This document shows positions 59,501 to 64,000 of a DNA stretch of 64,000 nucleotides, in pieces. The first letter of the stretch is position 1; each line of letters starts with the position of its first letter. Both the position numbers and the translations under genes were made by a program. This DNA comes from Takakia lepidozioides (lineage: Eukaryota > Plantae > Bryophyta): assembly GCA_030704615.1 (NCBI GenBank), contig CM060732.1, positions 29,636,001 through 29,700,000 of the forward strand. The letters run 5' to 3'. The notes beneath the pieces were generated by a model. It searched no databases. It was not told where the DNA came from and saw only the letters and a program-made list of their open reading frames with translations.

Positions 59501-62145
59501 TGTGGATCAAGAACATGACATTGTTTTGCGTAGGTGGATTGAGAGGGAAAATGAAGGACCTGAGAAGGCCCGTAGGCTAGCAAAAAAGAGGCCCAGCCCC
59601 ACTCCTGGAACATAGTTTCCTTTTTTGGGAGCTCCACTCCATACAACCAAAATGATGATCAACAGAAGCAATTCAATGAGGATTTAGTCTTGTTCATTGC
59701 AAAGGAGTTGGTTCCACTGTCTTTGGTAGAATCCCCTTGGCTAAGAAGGATGGTGTAGAGGCAAAATCCTCGGATTGTTTTCCCTTCTCGACGGACATTT
59801 GTGAATGAGGCCATTCCAATCTTGGCAGAGAAGACGAAAGAGCGCTACATGTCCCCATCTCTTCAGAGTTGTGCTACTTGCTCCGTGAGTTTTGATTTGT
59901 GGACGTCAAGAGGGGGAACTGACACTTTTGTCATCATAGCGCACTTTATTAATGAACAGTGGGAGCAATGTCATGTGACTCTTGGCATGTTTGAGACACC
60001 TGACACATCTCGGGCTGCCATGGCACATCAAGTCAACAATCTTCTTGTGAAGTATGGCCTCAATACTCGCATTATTGCTTACGTCAAAGATGAGGGAGGT
60101 AACTTGGCCACTTTGACCAATGCTTCATGTGCGTGTTTGGGGTTGGATTCTCCATTTGTGGGTAGCTGTTTTGGGCATGCAATGTCCAAGTGTTGCCAGT
60201 ATGCAACAAATGATGCAAAATATGCGCAGATATGAGATCGGTTTCTATAAAAAATGCCCAATCAGAGTTGCAAAAAACCATTACTTGGACCAAAAAATTT
60301 GGCAAAGGGAGACAAGAATGGGCAAAGGCATGTGTGGACAGCGGCATTCATCCCCACAAACTGAAGACTCCAGTGAAGACACGGTTTCTTCCAAGGTGAT
60401 CCTCTTCCAAGAGACTTTGGAGTTTAGGCAAGCCATAATCACTTGTCACTCTAGGCAAACCTCATTGGCACTGCAGTCTCGCATACCAAGTCCACAAGTG
60501 TGGGCCATTGCCCAATCAATTTCTACAGTTCTAGGGCCTGTGGTTCATGAGTGCATTATGAATCAATCTGGGGGATTTTGGCTATTGTCCGATGCTCTTA
60601 ATGCAGCCATTGCCACAACAATTCGCATGCGAGGAAGTAGTGCTCTCAGGGCTGCAACTGTGGATCATTGCATGGGGGATTTCTCAACAGAGTTGACATT
60701 GTTGGAATGGCGGATGGCTCGAGAGGTGGTATATGTCTTGGAACCATTTCTTTCTTTTTTGGAAGGGTTTCAATCGCGCAAAGCTCACAATATGCTCGCG
60801 CTTATGCTTGACCCACGTTACAAGGGGTTGTCATTGGTATCACAATATGTGGGCAAAGAGCGTGCTTTGCATATTGTGTCCCAATATGATAGCATGGTGT
60901 TATAGCCTCTTTTGATAAAGTGTTTCAAGGTCTTACATCCGGATACTCCGGCCCAATCACAGCCCACTTCCACAATGGACGAGATGTCCTTATTTGGTGT
61001 GCATGACCACAATGAAGACATGACATTGACAGTAGTGAGAGAACAACTATCACATTTCAGAAGGACGAAGATAATTGAGGGTGAGTGCGTGGCTCCTTTG
61101 AAATGGTGGAAAGAACACGAGTATCTCTTTCCGTATGTGGGATTTTTGGCACGGCTAATCTTGGGCATAGTTGGATCTCAGATTGAAGCTGAGAGGGTTT
61201 TTAGTATTGCAGGTGTCATAACAAACTTGAGACGGTGCAGGTTAAATATTGAAAACCTTGATATGCTTGTGAGTGTAGTCAAGAATTGGCCAAATAATGC
61301 TAGAGTTGGTTGCTTTAGTACTTCCATGAAAGAGTTTTTGGATAGGGAAGAAGTCCTCTTAGATGAGAATGAGGACTTGATTGCAGAGGCAAACCTCTTT
61401 GCGGTAGAATGATTTGTCTTAAAGATAAATTATTGTTCAACATATTACATTATATTCCTTTGATTGGAGTTTGTTTATTTGTCATTTTTATTGAAAATTT
61501 CAGTGATATCCCGTGTACTTAGTTTGTTGTATGCTATACTGACAAAGCATCATCCAAAAAAAACAAATTTATGTAGTTTTTTTTAGTTGTGCTTTTGCTG
61601 CACCATAAAAGGTAACCATAGAATTACACATGTTTAATTTGTTTTGTATTTTGAATTAAGATCCTTATGTAGTTAGTTTGTTTTAGTTGTTCTTTGCTAC
61701 ACCGTACGAAAACTTATAAAATATTTGGTTTTCCGTTTTTAATGGAGACCATGCGTATTTAATTAGTTGTATATACCATAAAAGACAATCACAAAAAACA
61801 TATAAGTTTATTTACTTCTGTTTTACTAATAAATTCCCTGGTTTTAGTTGAAAATTCTCAGTATGACCAATCAGATCAGTTCATCTAATTTTCCAGAAGA
61901 ATAAAAAAATTAAAAGAATTTAATATATTTTTAAAAAAGAACCGGAACCTAACCGGAACTGGTGTTTTTTTTCCAGCAACTAACCGGTAACCGGAACCAC
62001 CCCCATGTTAAAAAGTCAGAACCTGAACCGGACCGGAACCGCCTTAATTAAAAATAACCGGATCCGGATCCGGAACCGTCTCTTCAAAAATTTGTGGAAC
62101 CGGAACCGAAGGTTCCTTCACAAAGGCAAGAATCGCCCAACACTG
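56537..62145 (+). mobile_element. hAT transposon, right copy with 8-bp TSD
   Basis: Same TIRs with one substitution in the outer one. TSD GACAATAC at 56529-56536 and 62146-62153. Confidence 0.95.
59083..61412 (+). pseudogene. Disrupted hAT transposase, mirror of 51614-53947
   Basis: Frameshifts near 59250, 59610, 60220 and 60390, and in-frame TAG stops at 59756-59758 and 60903-60905. Confidence 0.9.
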
Positions 62146-62265
62146 GACAATACCTTAGGCATTTGGTCCCATTATGAATATAATATTTGGCTGTATATGT
62201 TTTGTGTGCAGTTTCTCTCTGGATTGGATGCTATGTGCGATTGGAAAAGGCTCTACGGACTTTAA

Positions 62266-63299
62266 CCCCTAAACGACGAGCCGACCTGAATCGGGTCGGC
62301 CCGATTTTTCATCCATCCGTAGCATGCACAGATGAAGTACGATGAATGAGCGGCTTGAACGAAAAATGTAGCGTTGAACGAGCTGCACACGCAGGTCTTT
62401 ATGGCGCCCCCAACAAGAGAAAAACTCCGCCGTCAGGAATTTTTTGAAGTTTGGAAATTGCAGGATTTTGGGTGGGTTGGGGGGGGGGGGGGGGGCACGG
62501 CAGTTGCCCGTCGACGTGGCAGGTGGCAGCGGCCACGCGGGTGGGATTTTGCGGCGGGGGCAGGGGTTGGAGTGGGGGGCTTGTGAGGCCCTCCCCAAAA
62601 CGCCGACAAACACGGGGACAGCTGGAATGAGCTGGCCCTCGCAAATAATGGGAAACCTCGGTGTGGCCCGGAAAAAGTCACCGGATTCAGGAGAAATTCC
62701 GGCCACCGATTGCCTGACCTGGAGGAGGCCGGAAATTTCACAAAATCCCACATCCCAAATGCGTTTTAGGCAATTTTTGGGAAATTCTTGGGTAGGCTTG
62801 TGTAGTTCTTGGCCTATGAGGGACTGACCGTTGGAATTCCCAAATGAAGGAGAATTTGGGGTCCCAATGGTGCCTATACCATTTCCTTTGCAAGTCTCTT
62901 TTTGGACCCCCATTCTAGTCACATACAAAGCACCCCCCCTTTCATTTTAGCAGATTGGGGTGAAATTTGGTGTGAGGGTTTGGGATTGTGCACTTCACAG
63001 GAATATAGCACTTTTTCTCCCAGGAAAATTTGGGATCATGGATAATTTGCTTGGTCAAACATGAACTTTTGCTTTGTTTTTTCTATTTTCAAAAAAATGC
63101 ACCGTCTTCAAATGTTATAATCTCCCAACTACACGGTTGAATCTCCCCAAATTTGGGGGGTTTATGCATCTGGTAGGTAGAAAGCAGTTTGTACGGTTCA
63201 TCAAAGTGGATGAACGTTGGTGGGCAGCTAGCCGCTGACGAGTTAGGGTGGGTCCCGGAATTGTCCAAAAACCCAAAAACACCTCTCGTCCTTTAGGGG
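62266..63299. mobile_element. Mirror copy of the non-autonomous piggyBac-type element
   Basis: TTAA 62262-62265 | CCCCTAAACGACGAG ... CTCGTCCTTTAGGGG | TTAA 63300-63303. Confidence 0.85.
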
Positions 63300-64000
63300 T
63301 TAAGCCAAGAGGCATTTCAGCAGTGTCAAATGCATTTGAATAATAATTAGTAAATCCAAATATCAGTTTCATAATATTATACATCAATATTTAACTCATA
63401 CCAAAATAGTTTCACCAGGCCTCTGTCCCTGGTTTTATTTATAAATAAACAAGAAATAAATTTTTGTCTTATGTAGAATATGTTTAAAATATAGTTTGAA
63501 TATGTAATTATGTTATTTCAATATAACATTTTAAGGAAATTTACTACTTAGAGTTTTAGGGTGGAGCCATTAGGTGACTAGACGCTTTGTTTTAACATGA
63601 AAACTAACTTTTGTTTTTCATCTAAAAGGTTTTTTTTTTCATCTACTTTTATTCGTCGGATCAGCTCGCAGGCTGAGCGATGGCGCGGGGCGAATATCGC
63701 TATCAGCACGGGGAAGCGGTGTCAAGGGCGGATCAGCCCACTTTTCCAGCGGATCAGCCCCGTTTCTTGGTCATGTGCGCAGGACTAGAGGGGGTTTCCG
63801 TTTCGGCCTCAAGGCCCGCCCACCGGTTGCTGGGGCTGGTGTACAAAAATAAAAAAACCAAATTAGAAGCAAGCTTTAGCGCTGCAGAAATCTGTTGGGG
63901 ATATATCCCATATTGTTTGTAGGGAAGCGTCTATTCAGTTTGGTAGTTTTTGATTTGTTTGTAGCATCTCTCAAACCACGTGCATGCGCCTGTGCCCAGG

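Larger units (their letters stand above)
49005..64000. repeat. Giant inverted repeat, arms of at least 7.5 kb, 45-bp spacer at 56492-56536; runs off the window
   Basis: 56537-64000 is the reverse complement of ~49005-56491, with mirrored ORFs throughout and scattered substitutions and indels. Confidence 0.97.

Overview
Eukaryotic nuclear DNA from a land plant. The gene set and a decayed PLS-class PPR gene suggest a non-seed plant, but the taxon is an inference. Host genes in order: intronless CDPK (+), multi-exon COG2 (+), intronless organellar RlmN-type radical-SAM methyltransferase (+), a small twin-CX9C protein (-) head-to-head with a multi-exon ERMP1/M28 peptidase (+), intronless DPH1 (+), a PPR pseudogene (-) and VTE3 (-). 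The mobile DNA is the most notable part. (1) A complete 4.16-kb piggyBac element with TTAA TSD, 13-bp TIRs, a DDD transposase and an extra upstream ORF, plus a second, non-autonomous piggyBac-type family. (2) A non-LTR retroelement with no poly(A) tail, present four times in introns; three copies sit at (CT)n tracts and two have 14-15-bp TSDs. (3) A palindrome of at least 15 kb (about 49005-64000, 45-bp spacer) built on two head-to-head hAT elements. Only one hAT copy keeps its 8-bp TSD, as expected from alternative (sister-chromatid/hybrid-end) transposition. (4) Inside the hAT, about 11 tandem ~155-bp units that each read as an intron plus a micro-exon upstream of the transposase. Exon boundaries were placed by eye and no database searches were run.
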